In this document: positions 48,872 through 58,736 of the stretch, piece after piece | How the letters are laid out: every line of letters begins with the position of its first letter | How positions within the stretch are numbered: the stretch's first letter is position 1 | Assembly: GCA_963778655.1 (NCBI GenBank) | Contig: CAVZVA010000010.1 | Location: 224,001-288,000 of the forward strand | Direction of reading: 5' to 3' | DNA from: an uncultured delta proteobacterium | GTDB taxonomy: Bacteria; Myxococcota_A; Polyangia; Polyangiales; JAFGIB01 | DNA: 64,000 nt | The notes under the pieces: generated by a model | Databases searched by the model: none | Told to the model about the DNA's origin: nothing | What the model saw: only the letters and a program-made list of their open reading frames with translations | Program-made: the position numbers and the translations under genes

Positions 48872-50074
48872 ATGCGGGTGACTGTGGCGCTAGCTTGGGC
48901 GGCGTTGTGCGGGTGCAGCCGCAGCGGTCTGCTTGCGCCTGCGGCCCCGGCCGCGTGCGTGCCCCTCGATCCCAACCACGCCAGCTCGCTGCAGGTCTCG
49001 GCCGATGTGGTGCTGCGCAGCACCGATATCCTGTTCCTGGTCGACAACAGCAGCTCCATGAGCGAGGAAATCCACGCCATCCGCGATCGCCTCAGCAGCG
49101 TGATCGCTCCCGACATCCGCGCGCGCGTGCCCGACTCGGATCTGGGCGTGGCGGTCTTCGCGGACTTCGGCGAGCGCGTGCTCGGTCAGCCCAGCCATCC
49201 ATATCGCTTGCTGCAGCCGATCACCGACGACGTCGACACGGTGGTGAACGCGACCAAGCAGATCAAGCTGGAGTTCGGCGGCGACGACCCCGAGAGCCAG
49301 CTCGAGGCGCTCTATCAGGTGGCGACCGGCGAGGGCTACGGCACGTACATCGAGGCGAAAAAGGATTGCCCCGAAGGCACCCACGCCGGCGTGTGCTTTC
49401 GCGAGGACGCCTTCCCGATTGTGATGCTCTTCACCGACGCGCCCATGCGCAACGTGGCGGCGCTGCGCGCTGACGGCTCCACCGGCCCCGTGGGCAAGTA
49501 CGATCCGAACGCGCCCGACGCGCCCTACATCCCGTACGTACGCGGCTACGACGAGACGATCAGCGCGCTGCTGGCGCAGAACATCCACGTGCTCGGCCTG
49601 TGGTCAGGCACGGGCGACGGCGAAGACGACCTGCGGCGCGTCGCGAACGACACCGGAGCGCTCGACAGCGCCGGTAACCCGATCGTGTTCGACATCGGCG
49701 ACGACGGCCACGCGCTGGGCGAAGGCGTGGTGCAGACGCTCGAGTCGCTGGCCGAGGCGCTGCGCGTCGACGTGCGGCTGGTGCTCGCGGATGGCGATCC
49801 GGCCGACGACCTCGATCCACGCTCGCTGGTGACCGCGGTCCGCGCGCTACAGGCCGTGCCACAGGGGGGCGCGCAGCTGGATGGTCCGCAGTTCCGCCAG
49901 GTCAGCCCGGGCACGCGCGTATCGTTCGAGCTCGACATCGATCCCACGCGACTGCCGTCCGCTTCGTATGACCGGCGCTACCCGCTGGCCCTGCGCATCG
50001 AAACCGCCGACGGCCGCCCGCTGCTCGAGCAAACGCTCGACTTATTGGTCCAAAAGCGGACGCAGTGTCCTTGA
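48872..50074 (+). CDS. vWA-domain lipoprotein
   Basis: LCGC lipobox, MIDAS-like DILFLVDNSSSM, GGDDPES..EALY and MLFTDA. Confidence 0.85.
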   Translation: MRVTVALAWAALCGCSRSGLLAPAAPAACVPLDPNHASSLQVSADVVLRSTDILFLVDNSSSMSEEIHAIRDRLSSVIAPDIRARVPDSDLGVAVFADFGERVLGQPSHPYRLLQPITDDVDTVVNATKQIKLEFGGDDPESQLEALYQVATGEGYGTYIEAKKDCPEGTHAGVCFREDAFPIVMLFTDAPMRNVAALRADGSTGPVGKYDPNAPDAPYIPYVRGYDETISALLAQNIHVLGLWSGTGDGEDDLRRVANDTGALDSAGNPIVFDIGDDGHALGEGVVQTLESLAEALRVDVRLVLADGDPADDLDPRSLVTAVRALQAVPQGGAQLDGPQFRQVSPGTRVSFELDIDPTRLPSASYDRRYPLALRIETADGRPLLEQTLDLLVQKRTQCP

Positions 50075-50075
50075 G

Positions 50076-50190
50076 GCCAACCCGCGACGCGACCGATCAC
50101 GAGTGAGCGCAGCGCAGCGGGCCCCGCAGGAGGGGGTCCCGACGGGCTCTGCCCGGCGGGCGGGAGGGGCGCGTGCCCCTCCCGGTCACA
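50076..50190 (-). repeat. Dispersed hairpin repeat, same family as 6691-7002 and 13393-13560
   Basis: Reverse complement begins TGTGACCGGGAGGGGCACGCGCCCCTCCCGCCC versus TGTTACCGGGAGGATCACGCGACCCTCCCGCCC at 6693; lies between convergent genes. Confidence 0.75.
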
Positions 50191-50880
50191 TCACGAGTGC
50201 ACGCCGCCGTTTTCCAGCCGGCGGCGGAACTGCGTCACATGCGCCCGCGTGGTGTCGCTCATCGAAAGCGGCGGCTCCTCGCCGGCGTACTCGAGCAGGC
50301 GGCGCAGGTATGCGTGCTTGGTACGCACACCCGTTCGCCGGCGGAGCTCGTCCTGGTATTCCTGAATCGTGTGACGGCTCAGGCCCATCGCGTCCGCGAT
50401 CTCCTGGTCCGAATACGACCACAGGTTGAAGTACAGCAGCCGCGAGAGCTGCCGCGGCAGGTTCCACAGCTTGCTCGCGTTGGCGGCCAGCCGCCGCATG
50501 CTGGGCACCGCCAGGTTGGTCGCGTTCTTCAGCCTGAACAGGAAGTCAGCCTCGGTTGCCGATCGCGACACGAAGTCCGCGCGCAAGGCCGAGACCGCGT
50601 CCAGCATCTCCTGGTCGGCGCGCTCGCTGACCACCAGCAGCCCGCACGATCGTGGAAGGTCGCGGGCCAGCTCCGCCCATCCAGTGCCCGGCCAATCGGC
50701 ATCGAGCACGATGGCGTCGACCGCATTCGCGTCTTCCACGGTCGCCGCGCGCGCGTCGTCGCCGCGCTCGAAGCGCGTCACGCGCGCTCCCGCGGCGGAC
50801 AACCACCCAAGCTGGGGGGACTTGGAGTCGCCCACGTAGAGCACGCCCATCGATTTCAACCAGCCCTCGTAATGGCTCAC
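50191..50880 (-). CDS. Atypical receiver domain + LuxR-like HTH regulator
   Basis: GGAGG RBS; DAIVLD..W, LLVVS receiver-like strands; YSDQEIADAMGLSRHTIQEY..ELRRRTGV HTH. Confidence 0.7.
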   Translation of the reverse strand: MSHYEGWLKSMGVLYVGDSKSPQLGWLSAAGARVTRFERGDDARAATVEDANAVDAIVLDADWPGTGWAELARDLPRSCGLLVVSERADQEMLDAVSALRADFVSRSATEADFLFRLKNATNLAVPSMRRLAANASKLWNLPRQLSRLLYFNLWSYSDQEIADAMGLSRHTIQEYQDELRRRTGVRTKHAYLRRLLEYAGEEPPLSMSDTTRAHVTQFRRRLENGGVHS

Positions 50881-51154
50881 GTCTCTACCTCCCTGCACTT
50901 ACAACTACATATAGCCGTACCAGGAGGGCAATTGAGCCGTCAAGCTGGGGGCCGCACAGGCCCATATCCCCGTCGGAGGGGGGGCCCCATCATTGGGGCC
51001 AAGCTGGCGGGAAGACTCGTTGTTCATGTTCTCGTAAGACGCCAGCCCGGCCGCTGGCTGGCCGCTAGAGCCCCCCGGCGCGCCTCGTGGCCCCGCGCGC
51101 ACGGGGTCACGAGCACACCCCGAACGCGCGTGGGCAGCGCGCGGTCGCGCGCGT

Positions 51155-52570
51155 TCACGCGTCGTGCGGCAGGCTTCCGCGCGGCGCGCGCAGGTACCCG
51201 AACGGCGTGAGGTACAACAGGTTCGAGACGCGCGAGGTGTACACGTCCGCGTGGCGCTCGATCTGGCGCGCGAGCCGACTCTTGTCGTTGCCGGCGCGCA
51301 TCAGCGGTCCCCAGCGCGCGTTGCCGATCTCGCCTGCCGCCTTGGCCAGCGCCGTCACGCGCGGGTCCAGCGCGCCGAGCTCGGTGCGCAGCTCGCGCAG
51401 TCGCTCCTGCGCCCCGCGCAGCTCGAGCGGCAGCGGTGGCGCATAGCCGAGCTGCACGCGCTGTAGACACAGCCGCAGCTGCGCCTGCTCGCGCTCGAGC
51501 CGCTGCTTGTCGGCCATCAGCCGCCGCAGCTCGGCGTGGCTGGACGCGAAGGCCTGCTCCGCGGCCACCTCGTGCTCGAGCTCGCGCAGCACCAGCGCCG
51601 TGCGCCAGCGCCGGATCTGGCTCGAGACGTGCACGTCCGCGTAGACGTGATCGCCCACGTACAGGATCTCCTCGCCGTCGAGCCCGAACGCTTGCTCGAG
51701 CAGCCGCGCGTGACCACCGAGATAGGCGCGGCCCGGCTCCAGCTTGTCGGGCGAGGGGCGCAGCAGGCCGCTCTCGTCGACCACCTCATAGAGCGGCGCG
51801 CGCCCCTCGAAGAAGCCGGGCTTGCCGGCCTGCACGATGACCACGTCGAACAGCTCGCGCCAGCGCATCCCCGCGGGCAGGAAGCGATCGAAGCCGTAGC
51901 TCATCATCGCGACCGTGTAGCTCCACTCCGAATTGGTCACCAGCAGCAGGCGCTTGCCCGCGTGCTTGAGGTCGAGCAGCGCGACCGGCAGCTCTGGATC
52001 GAGCGTGACGAAACGCTCCGGGTCGGCCGCAACCTCGGCCTTGAGCTCGCCTTCGAGGTGCGCGGCGTTCATGGTGTCGCGCACCACCCGGTACAGGCCG
52101 GCGTAGCCGAGCGCTCCAGCGGCCTCGCCCGCGCCCCGATCCACCAGGTCGACCAGCTGCGCGTACAGGCACACCTCGGAGAGCGAAAACAGCGTGTTGA
52201 GGAATACCCAGCGCGACTCGCTCAGGTCGACCCAGACCTGCGAATACGTCCGGCGTTGCTCCTCGTGCGTGAGCATGCGGGTACCGTGCGAGGCCCGCGT
52301 GACGTAGCCGAAACGGTTCGCCTTGAGCACGTTGCCCAGCTCGACGTCGAGGATCAGCCCGCGGGTGAACAGCTGCGGCTCGAAGCCCGGCCCCCCCAAC
52401 GCGAATCCACGCGCCGCCAGGCGCTGGCGCACGTGCTCGTAGGCCCGACGCTCCCACGCCTCGGCGTCGTAGTCGATCAGCGTGTAATCCATGTCGCAAC
52501 CGACCGCGCGAATCGAGCGCATGTTCAGCGTGCGATTGCAGAACACGCCCCGGCCAGCGCCCGGATCCAC
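51155..52570 (-). CDS. HAD-IG family 5'-nucleotidase (cN-II-like)
   Basis: VFCNRTLNM, GCDMDYTL, LVTNS, AGKPGFF, LYVGDHVYAD and ADVYTSRV motifs. Start uncertain. Confidence 0.9.
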   Translation of the reverse strand: MDPGAGRGVFCNRTLNMRSIRAVGCDMDYTLIDYDAEAWERRAYEHVRQRLAARGFALGGPGFEPQLFTRGLILDVELGNVLKANRFGYVTRASHGTRMLTHEEQRRTYSQVWVDLSESRWVFLNTLFSLSEVCLYAQLVDLVDRGAGEAAGALGYAGLYRVVRDTMNAAHLEGELKAEVAADPERFVTLDPELPVALLDLKHAGKRLLLVTNSEWSYTVAMMSYGFDRFLPAGMRWRELFDVVIVQAGKPGFFEGRAPLYEVVDESGLLRPSPDKLEPGRAYLGGHARLLEQAFGLDGEEILYVGDHVYADVHVSSQIRRWRTALVLRELEHEVAAEQAFASSHAELRRLMADKQRLEREQAQLRLCLQRVQLGYAPPLPLELRGAQERLRELRTELGALDPRVTALAKAAGEIGNARWGPLMRAGNDKSRLARQIERHADVYTSRVSNLLYLTPFGYLRAPRGSLPHDA

Positions 52571-52878
52571 GTAGCTACGGCTGCTGCCCACGGCCGCGGT
52601 TGTAGCAGTCTTTGGCTTCGGGCGGACCTCGTCCGGCCGGAGCCGCACACGGGCCGGGCAGCGGCCGCACGCCGGCCCATTCGCGTCGGACCTGCACCCG
52701 GCCGCGCGCTGGAGCGTACCCGCCACGCGGCCCGGTCGGTTCACACAGCGTTCGGGGGCGGCGCTCGACCCGGACCCGCGCGCCCGAAGGGGGCGGCGCA
52801 AAGTTCTTTGCTTCGGCGCTTTGAGTCGGCTGCGACGCGCTGTACCATCGACGCAAACCGAGCAGGAAGAGCACAGGC

Positions 52879-53487
52879 ATGGCGACCAAGAAGAAGGCTG
52901 CAAAGACGAAGTCGGCAAAGAAGTCGGCAAAGCCCGCGGCGGCCAAGAAGAAGGCCAAGAAGGCGAAGAAGGCTGCGCCGAAGAAGGCCAAGAAGGCCGC
53001 GCCCAAGAGAGCCAAGAAAGCTGCGCCCAAGAAGGCTGCGCCCAAGAGAGCCAAGAAGGCTGCGCCCAAGAGAGCCAAGAAAGCTGCGCCCAAGAAGGCT
53101 GCGCCCAAGAGAGCCAAGAAGGCCGCGCCCAAGAAAGCTGCGCCCAAGAAGGCTGCGCCCAAGAAGGCCGCGCCCAAGAAGGCCGCGCCCAAGAAGGCCG
53201 CGCCCAAAGCTCCGACTGCCAAGCCGAAGGCTGCGCCCAAGCCGAAGCCCGCGGCCAAGCCGCAGACCAACGGCAGGGAAGCCAGCCCGTTGCTCATCGC
53301 GCCGGCGGTGAACGTACCGGCGCGGCCCGCAATCATGCCGATGGACGAGCCCGGTGACGACATGGCGCTCGACGAGCTCGGGCTCGACGACGGCCCCGAG
53401 CTCGGCACCGAGCCCGAGCTCGACGACGACGTGCTCGACGACGACATGTCGCCCGAGGAAGACTCGATCGAGCCCGAAGACTGGTAG
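52879..53487 (+). CDS. Histone H1-like Lys/Ala/Pro repeat protein with acidic C-terminal tail
   Basis: Tandem [13 protein letters not shown] repeats over ~110 aa followed by a D/E-rich tail. Confidence 0.8.
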   Translation: MATKKKAAKTKSAKKSAKPAAAKKKAKKAKKAAPKKAKKAAPKRAKKAAPKKAAPKRAKKAAPKRAKKAAPKKAAPKRAKKAAPKKAAPKKAAPKKAAPKKAAPKKAAPKAPTAKPKAAPKPKPAAKPQTNGREASPLLIAPAVNVPARPAIMPMDEPGDDMALDELGLDDGPELGTEPELDDDVLDDDMSPEEDSIEPEDW

Positions 53488-53604
53488 CCCCACCGCGGGC
53501 GCCGGCGGTTGAGCAGACCCAGCAAGACGGGAAGACGCGAAGAAACCCGTCCAAGCTTCCCGCTGAATCTCGAAGGCGAGCTGTTGCGCGCACTGGCACG
53601 CGTA

Positions 53605-53727
53605 GCTTGCGTTCAGAAGTGCTCAGGAGCGAGCGCGCCGGCAGGACCGGACCGAGGCGTACTGCTTGTACGCCGCAGGGCCGGGCCGAGGACACAAAGC
53701 CGCTCCTGGACGCTTCTGAACGCAAGT
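53605..53727. mobile_element. MITE-like element (~123 bp) with long imperfect terminal inverted repeats
   Basis: CTTGCGTTCAGAAG..CAGGAGCG ... CGCTCCTG..CTTCTGAACGCAAG, flanked by TA; central GGCGTAC-TGCTT-GTACGCC hairpin. Confidence 0.7.
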
Positions 53728-54080
53728 TAGTCGCGGTGGACCGTGGCGGGGCTGAAGGCGGGCAAGCACACCGCCAGGTAGCGCGCGCCTTCGGGCGTGC
53801 TGTAGCGCACCCACTCGCCGGGACGGGCATGCACCGCCTGGCCCGCGCGCACCAGCATGCTTCCGCCCTCATGCTCGACCTGCAGCGCGCCCTCGAGCAC
53901 GACCGTGTACTCGTCGAACTCGGGGCGCTGGCCGGGCTCGACCCAGCCGGCCGGGCTGTTCATCAAGGCGATGCTCACGCCCTGGTCGCCGCTGTTGACG
54001 CGCCCGATCAGCTCGTCGATCGCCTTGGGCTTGGTTCCGGCCGCTTGTACCCGCGTGGGCTTCTCGATCAAGCGTGGCAT
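53727..54080 (-). CDS. Cupin domain protein
   Basis: GWVEPGQRPEFDEYTVVLEG..V..GQAV...PGEWVRYSTP cupin pattern. Confidence 0.88.
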   Translation of the reverse strand: MPRLIEKPTRVQAAGTKPKAIDELIGRVNSGDQGVSIALMNSPAGWVEPGQRPEFDEYTVVLEGALQVEHEGGSMLVRAGQAVHARPGEWVRYSTPEGARYLAVCLPAFSPATVHRD

Positions 54081-54117
54081 GTGCATTGCTCGCTTTCGAC
54101 GCGGCAAGATACCAAGC

Positions 54118-54795
54118 TCACGCCCGACCGTACACCGGCAGCAGGGCACCGCTGGTCAGGCTGTTGTCGGTGCCGGCGAGAAACGCGATCGCCTCGGCAA
54201 CCTGATCGAGCTTGGGCCAGCGCCCGAAGTCGACGTCGGGCATCGCCCGGCGGTTGGCGGGCGTGTCCATGGTGGAAGGGACCACCGCGTTGACCAGGAT
54301 GCCGTCGGCGAGCACCTCACTCGCGAGCGCGCGGGTCAGCGCCGCGACCGCGGCCTTGGCCGTGCCGTAGGCGACCATGCCGGCGGCCGGCTCGAGCGCG
54401 GGGCGTGCCGCCACGTTGACGATGCGGCCTCCGCCCGGACGCATGCGCGCGATCGCCTCGCGACAGCACAGGAACGCGGTCACGGCATTCATGCGCAGCA
54501 TCGCCTCGAAGCCCGCGAGCGAGGTCGCGCTGATCTCCGCCTTGGCGAAGCCACCCACCAGGTGGATCGAGGCGTCGAGCTTGGGCAGGCCGGCGTAGAA
54601 CGCGCGCACCTCGGCCTCATCGCCGCAGTCGACGCGTTGCAACGTCACCTCCCCGGCGTGTGCGAAGCGCGTGCGCTCGCGCTCCTCGACGTAGGTCACG
54701 TGACAGCGCGCGCCGTCGCGCAGCAGCCGCGCGACCACCGCGCTGCCCAACGCGCCGGTCCCGCCCGTCACCACGATGTGTCTGGCCTCGGCCAT
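54118..54795 (-). CDS. Short-chain dehydrogenase/reductase
   Basis: TGGTGALG Rossmann motif and YGTAK catalytic motif. Confidence 0.92.
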   Translation of the reverse strand: MAEARHIVVTGGTGALGSAVVARLLRDGARCHVTYVEERERTRFAHAGEVTLQRVDCGDEAEVRAFYAGLPKLDASIHLVGGFAKAEISATSLAGFEAMLRMNAVTAFLCCREAIARMRPGGGRIVNVAARPALEPAAGMVAYGTAKAAVAALTRALASEVLADGILVNAVVPSTMDTPANRRAMPDVDFGRWPKLDQVAEAIAFLAGTDNSLTSGALLPVYGRA

Positions 54796-54802
54796 CGCCG
54801 TC

Positions 54803-55657
54803 TCAACCCAGCGCCTCGGCAGCGCGCGCGCAGTGCTCCCGGACGGCCTGGTGCAGCGCGCCGCGATCCGGCCCGTGGCGCAGCACATCGCGCGATGAGG
54901 CCGGCAGCACGCGCGCGGCCGCGCCGCCGAAACGTGCGGCGACTTGCTCGAAGGTCCCGCCCTGCGCGCCGAGCCCGGGCACCAGCAGCAGGCTGCGCGG
55001 CAGCCGCGACGCGATCTCGGTTGCGCCCTCCGCGGTCAGCCCGACCACCGCGCCGGCCGGACCCACCTCCTCGGTAGAGGCTTCCGCGTTGTGCGCGGTG
55101 ATCTCCGCGCACAACTGCTGGGCCACGCTCACGCCTTCGGACACCTGGGCGTTCTGGATCGCACGGCCCTCGGGGTTGGAGGAGAGCACCACCGCGAACA
55201 CCGCGCAGCCGGTCTGCTGGGCACGGCTGAGGAAGGGCTCGAGCGCACCGAAACCGAGGTAGGGATGGACCGTGATCGCATCGGCGCCGAGCGCGCTGTC
55301 GGGCCCGAGCAACGCGCTCGCGTATGCGGCGTTTGTCGCCCCGATGTCGCCGCGTTTGACGTCCAGCAGCGCCAGGCTGCCGAGCGCGTGGATCGAGCCG
55401 ATGATGTCCGATAGCACCTCGAAGCCGGCGGCACCGAAGCGCTCGAAATATGCCGATTGGGGCTTGATCACGCTGACCTGCTGGGCGGCTGCGTCGATCA
55501 CGCGGTTGCAGAAGTCGCGCAGGCCCCAGATGTCGTCCTTGGAGCCGAAGCTCGCGAGCAGCTCGGGGCTGGGGTCGAGCCCGAGACAGAACGGGCCGCG
55601 CCGCGCGCGTAGCGCGGCGAAGCGCCGGGCAAAGCTGGTAGGCCGAGCCGTGGTCAT
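54803..55657 (-). CDS. pyrF: Orotidine-5'-phosphate decarboxylase
   Basis: CLGLDP, KPQSAYFE, DVKRGDIGAT, TVHPYLG and LVPGLGAQG motifs. Confidence 0.95.
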   Translation of the reverse strand: MTTARPTSFARRFAALRARRGPFCLGLDPSPELLASFGSKDDIWGLRDFCNRVIDAAAQQVSVIKPQSAYFERFGAAGFEVLSDIIGSIHALGSLALLDVKRGDIGATNAAYASALLGPDSALGADAITVHPYLGFGALEPFLSRAQQTGCAVFAVVLSSNPEGRAIQNAQVSEGVSVAQQLCAEITAHNAEASTEEVGPAGAVVGLTAEGATEIASRLPRSLLLVPGLGAQGGTFEQVAARFGGAAARVLPASSRDVLRHGPDRGALHQAVREHCARAAEALG

Positions 55658-55878
55658 GCTCGCTGGCTCATAGGACGTGAGCCGGGCCGGAGTCAACGCG
55701 ATACCGCGCTCGGGCGGAGAGCCGATCGAGCCCGCGATGACAGGTCCGGCCGGGGCCGGCGAGCGGCCGGGCCAACGCAAAAAGCAGCTGCCGGCCCTGG
55801 CGCACGTCCGCCGCCGCCGCAGCTCTTGCGCGGCCACCTCCCGCCGGGCCTCGATACGCCCGCAAGCAGGGACATTCT

Positions 55879-55907
55879 TTGAACCCGGGACCGCGGTAGG
55901 CTATGCT
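55879..55907 (+). promoter_or_regulatory. sigma70-type promoter
   Basis: TTGAAC-17 bp-TATGCT upstream of the GGAGG RBS of the 55931 gene. Confidence 0.5.
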
Positions 55908-55930
55908 GCAGCCGCCCCCGGGAGGCCTCG

Positions 55931-56125
55931 ATGAGCACGGACAAGCGCAAGCAGAGCCTGTATTTTCCGGAGACGATGCTGAAAGAGATCCAGCGCGAAG
56001 CCGACCGGCTCGATCGCTCCCTCTCGTGGATCGTGCAGCGATGCATCCGCGTCGGGTTGCCCGAGCTGCGCAAGCTGCCGTCGACGGACTCGCCCGCGGT
56101 GCCTACGCCCGAGCCCGAAGCCTGA
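55931..56125 (+). CDS. TIGR04563 (MXAN_4361/4362)-family small ribbon-helix-helix-like protein
   Basis: TDKRKQSLYFPETMLKEIQREADRLDRSLSWIVQ family signature. Confidence 0.85.
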   Translation: MSTDKRKQSLYFPETMLKEIQREADRLDRSLSWIVQRCIRVGLPELRKLPSTDSPAVPTPEPEA

Positions 56126-56160
56126 GCGCTCCGCCAGTCGAAGCGGGGTGACGCGGCCGC

Positions 56161-56886
56161 TCACTGATAGGTGAAGCGCAGCTCGTAGTCGCACATGCGG
56201 AAGGTGTCGCCTTCCTCGATGTGCTTGCTGTCGAAGCGCCGCCCCTGGTACTCGATGCCGTTGGTGCTGCCGAGATCCTTCATGTAGTAGGCGCCGTTAT
56301 GGAACACGACGGCGGCGTGACGACGCGAGATGTTGCCGTCCTTGATCGCCAGATCGGCGCTCTTGGAGCCTCGGCCGATGATGAACTCGTCCTTGGTCAC
56401 CGGGATCTTCTGGCCATTGAAGATCACGTAGAGTTGCGCGCGCGAAGGCATCTGGGGAGCAACCGCGCGGCCGGCGCCGGGCAGCGGCGGCGGCATCGAG
56501 GCGGCGCTCTGGCGCGTCACGCGCGGCGGCGGCGGCATGGATGCGGGCAGGCGTGCGCCGAGTCCGGGCATCGAGGGGCGCGAAGGGCGCGGAGGCGGCA
56601 GCGGTCCGGACGGACGCGCCGGCAGGCTCTCGCGCAGGGAGGGGATGGTGCCGCTGGGGTTGCCTCCGCCCATCCCCATGTGGCTCGGCGGCGGCTGCGT
56701 GGAGGCGGCGTTGCCGCGGCGACTGGTGCCGTAGTTGCGCGAGCGCGCGTACTGGCGCATGGCCTCGTTGATCAGATAGTCGGTCGAACACTCGAGCTCA
56801 GCGCTCATCTGCTCGAAGATGTCCCACAGGTAATCCCGACACTGGAAGTGCCGGAGGGTTTTCTTGTTCTGATCCTGCGTCGTCAT
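56161..56886 (-). CDS. FHA-domain protein with N-terminal RHH-like domain
   Basis: C-terminal IIGR...ISRRHA...DLGSTNG FHA motif; N-terminal RHFQCRDYLWDIFEQMS..LECSTDYLINEAMRQY; Pro-rich linker. Confidence 0.85.
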   Translation of the reverse strand: MTTQDQNKKTLRHFQCRDYLWDIFEQMSAELECSTDYLINEAMRQYARSRNYGTSRRGNAASTQPPPSHMGMGGGNPSGTIPSLRESLPARPSGPLPPPRPSRPSMPGLGARLPASMPPPPRVTRQSAASMPPPLPGAGRAVAPQMPSRAQLYVIFNGQKIPVTKDEFIIGRGSKSADLAIKDGNISRRHAAVVFHNGAYYMKDLGSTNGIEYQGRRFDSKHIEEGDTFRMCDYELRFTYQ

Positions 56887-56975
56887 GGTGGTCACGCTAC
56901 TGCATCGGCTGCGGGGGTGGCTTCGCTCCGTTTGCCCAGACTTGGCTCATGTGCAACTGCGCCGGCCTCGAGGCT

Positions 56976-58460
56976 TCAGCCCTGGGGTTTGCCCAGACGC
57001 TCTCGTAACCCGTCGATCGCTTGCTTCGCAACCTGGCCGACGGTCGTGCCCGGTGCCCAGTTCTTGCCCTTGACGGCGGTCTTGTCCTGAAGGAGCCGAC
57101 TCATCTGCGCGATGTCGGCGTCGGTGCCCTTGCGCTGGAAGAAGCGCAGCGCGATCACCCTGTCCCACCAGTTGGGGGAGCTGAGCTCCGACCTGGCGAT
57201 CGCGGTGGGCAGCGGAATCATCTGACCCATCCGTCCGGCGTAGCCTTCGAGCTCCTCGGGCTCGTAGCGTACATCCGCCCCCCGCGGCAGCTTGGCGAAG
57301 AACTCCGAGAGCACCCCGCTGCCCCCGATCGCCAGCACCAGCTCGCCCGCGCGCCAGCGCTCGCGCTGCTTGGCGGCGTCCTGTACCAGCGGCCACATCG
57401 GCGGGATCGCCTTGGGACTGCGGATGTCGCCCACGCGGTCGAATGCGTAGTCCTGGACCGAGGCCGGCGAGCTGGGGTCGAGGGCCAGCGCGAGCAGCGG
57501 CTGCAGCTGGCTCTCGTTGACCTTGCCCTCGAGGGCCTGCAGCGCGCGCGTGCGCCGCTCGGTCAGTGCGGGGTTCTTGTCGGAGGCGATCGCCAGCAGC
57601 CGCGCGCCGACCTCCGGTTGATCGGCTAGGTAGGCCATCGCCGGAATCGCCCCGTCGTCGATGAACTTCTCGCGGTTGAGCTCGGCTGTCTTTTCGATGC
57701 GGGCGGCGTCGCCGGCCCCGCCCGCGCTGCCGAGCTGCTTGGCGATCTCGCCCTTCAGCCAGTTGAGAAAGTCGGGACCGCGCATCTCGGCTTCGATCGC
57801 CACCAGCTTCTGCCCGGCGCGCTGCTTGGCGTCGGCATCGCCGAGCTGGCCGATCAGCTCCGCGAGCTTGGCCAGCGCCTGCTGCGGCAAGCGCGCCGAC
57901 AGCCCGTCGACCAGCATCTTGGCCGCGGGCGAGCCGAGCGCGCGCACCACCTGCTCGGCGCTGTAATTGCCTGACAAGCTGCGGCCGTTGAAGTCAGCCA
58001 TGTACCAGTGCATCACGGCTTCGGTCAGCGCCTTGCGGCTGTCGGGCGAGGCGTCGGCGATCAGCGCAAACGCCGCGTCCTTGGCGCGGACCTGGCGCGC
58101 GGGCGGGCCATCGCTCGGATTGGAGGTCGGGTCCGGGGCCTGCATCTGCTTGATCAGCCCCGGCACCAGCGCGGCGATCATCTTGTCGCGCGTGGCGGAG
58201 TCGACCTTTTGAATCGCGTCGAGCAGCTCGGCGACGCCATCGACGTCGTGGCGGTCCATGTCCACCAGCCCGAGCGCCGCATAGGCCCGTAGATCGAGGT
58301 CGTATTTGTCGGCCAGCATGACCGCGACCATCTTGCCCGGGCCCTTGACGGTGCCCTTCCAGGTGTCGACGTCGCTCTGACTGACCTTGCAGCCGGCGGC
58401 CGCGATGGCGGCGAGGAGCACGGGTCCGAAGATGAATTTGCGCAGCCGAGGTGGTCGCAT
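56976..58460 (-). CDS. Hypothetical alpha-helical (HEAT-like) lipoprotein
   Basis: AAGC lipobox, 494-aa helical ORF with coding-like composition. Confidence 0.7.
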   Translation of the reverse strand: MRPPRLRKFIFGPVLLAAIAAAGCKVSQSDVDTWKGTVKGPGKMVAVMLADKYDLDLRAYAALGLVDMDRHDVDGVAELLDAIQKVDSATRDKMIAALVPGLIKQMQAPDPTSNPSDGPPARQVRAKDAAFALIADASPDSRKALTEAVMHWYMADFNGRSLSGNYSAEQVVRALGSPAAKMLVDGLSARLPQQALAKLAELIGQLGDADAKQRAGQKLVAIEAEMRGPDFLNWLKGEIAKQLGSAGGAGDAARIEKTAELNREKFIDDGAIPAMAYLADQPEVGARLLAIASDKNPALTERRTRALQALEGKVNESQLQPLLALALDPSSPASVQDYAFDRVGDIRSPKAIPPMWPLVQDAAKQRERWRAGELVLAIGGSGVLSEFFAKLPRGADVRYEPEELEGYAGRMGQMIPLPTAIARSELSSPNWWDRVIALRFFQRKGTDADIAQMSRLLQDKTAVKGKNWAPGTTVGQVAKQAIDGLRERLGKPQG

Positions 58461-58736
58461 CGCCCCTCCCCACGCAGGCTGGTCCGGCTCGTGGTGCAGC
58501 CCCGTGAAGGTGTCCTAGTCGCCTACATTGAACCGTGCCGTTTGGCCCTGACGATACTAGAGAATTCCGCAGTGCAATCAAGCGCGAGCACGCCTGGCTC
58601 GACGTTCTGCGGCCATCCGAGGCCGAAGCGGGCGCAAGCGGACGCCGGGACTGCCGAAAATCCCCGCGCCTGGCATCAACTTGGCCGAATTGTTGACGAT
58701 TTCGAAGCGCTCTCGGTAGCCTGTGAGTGGGCACAC

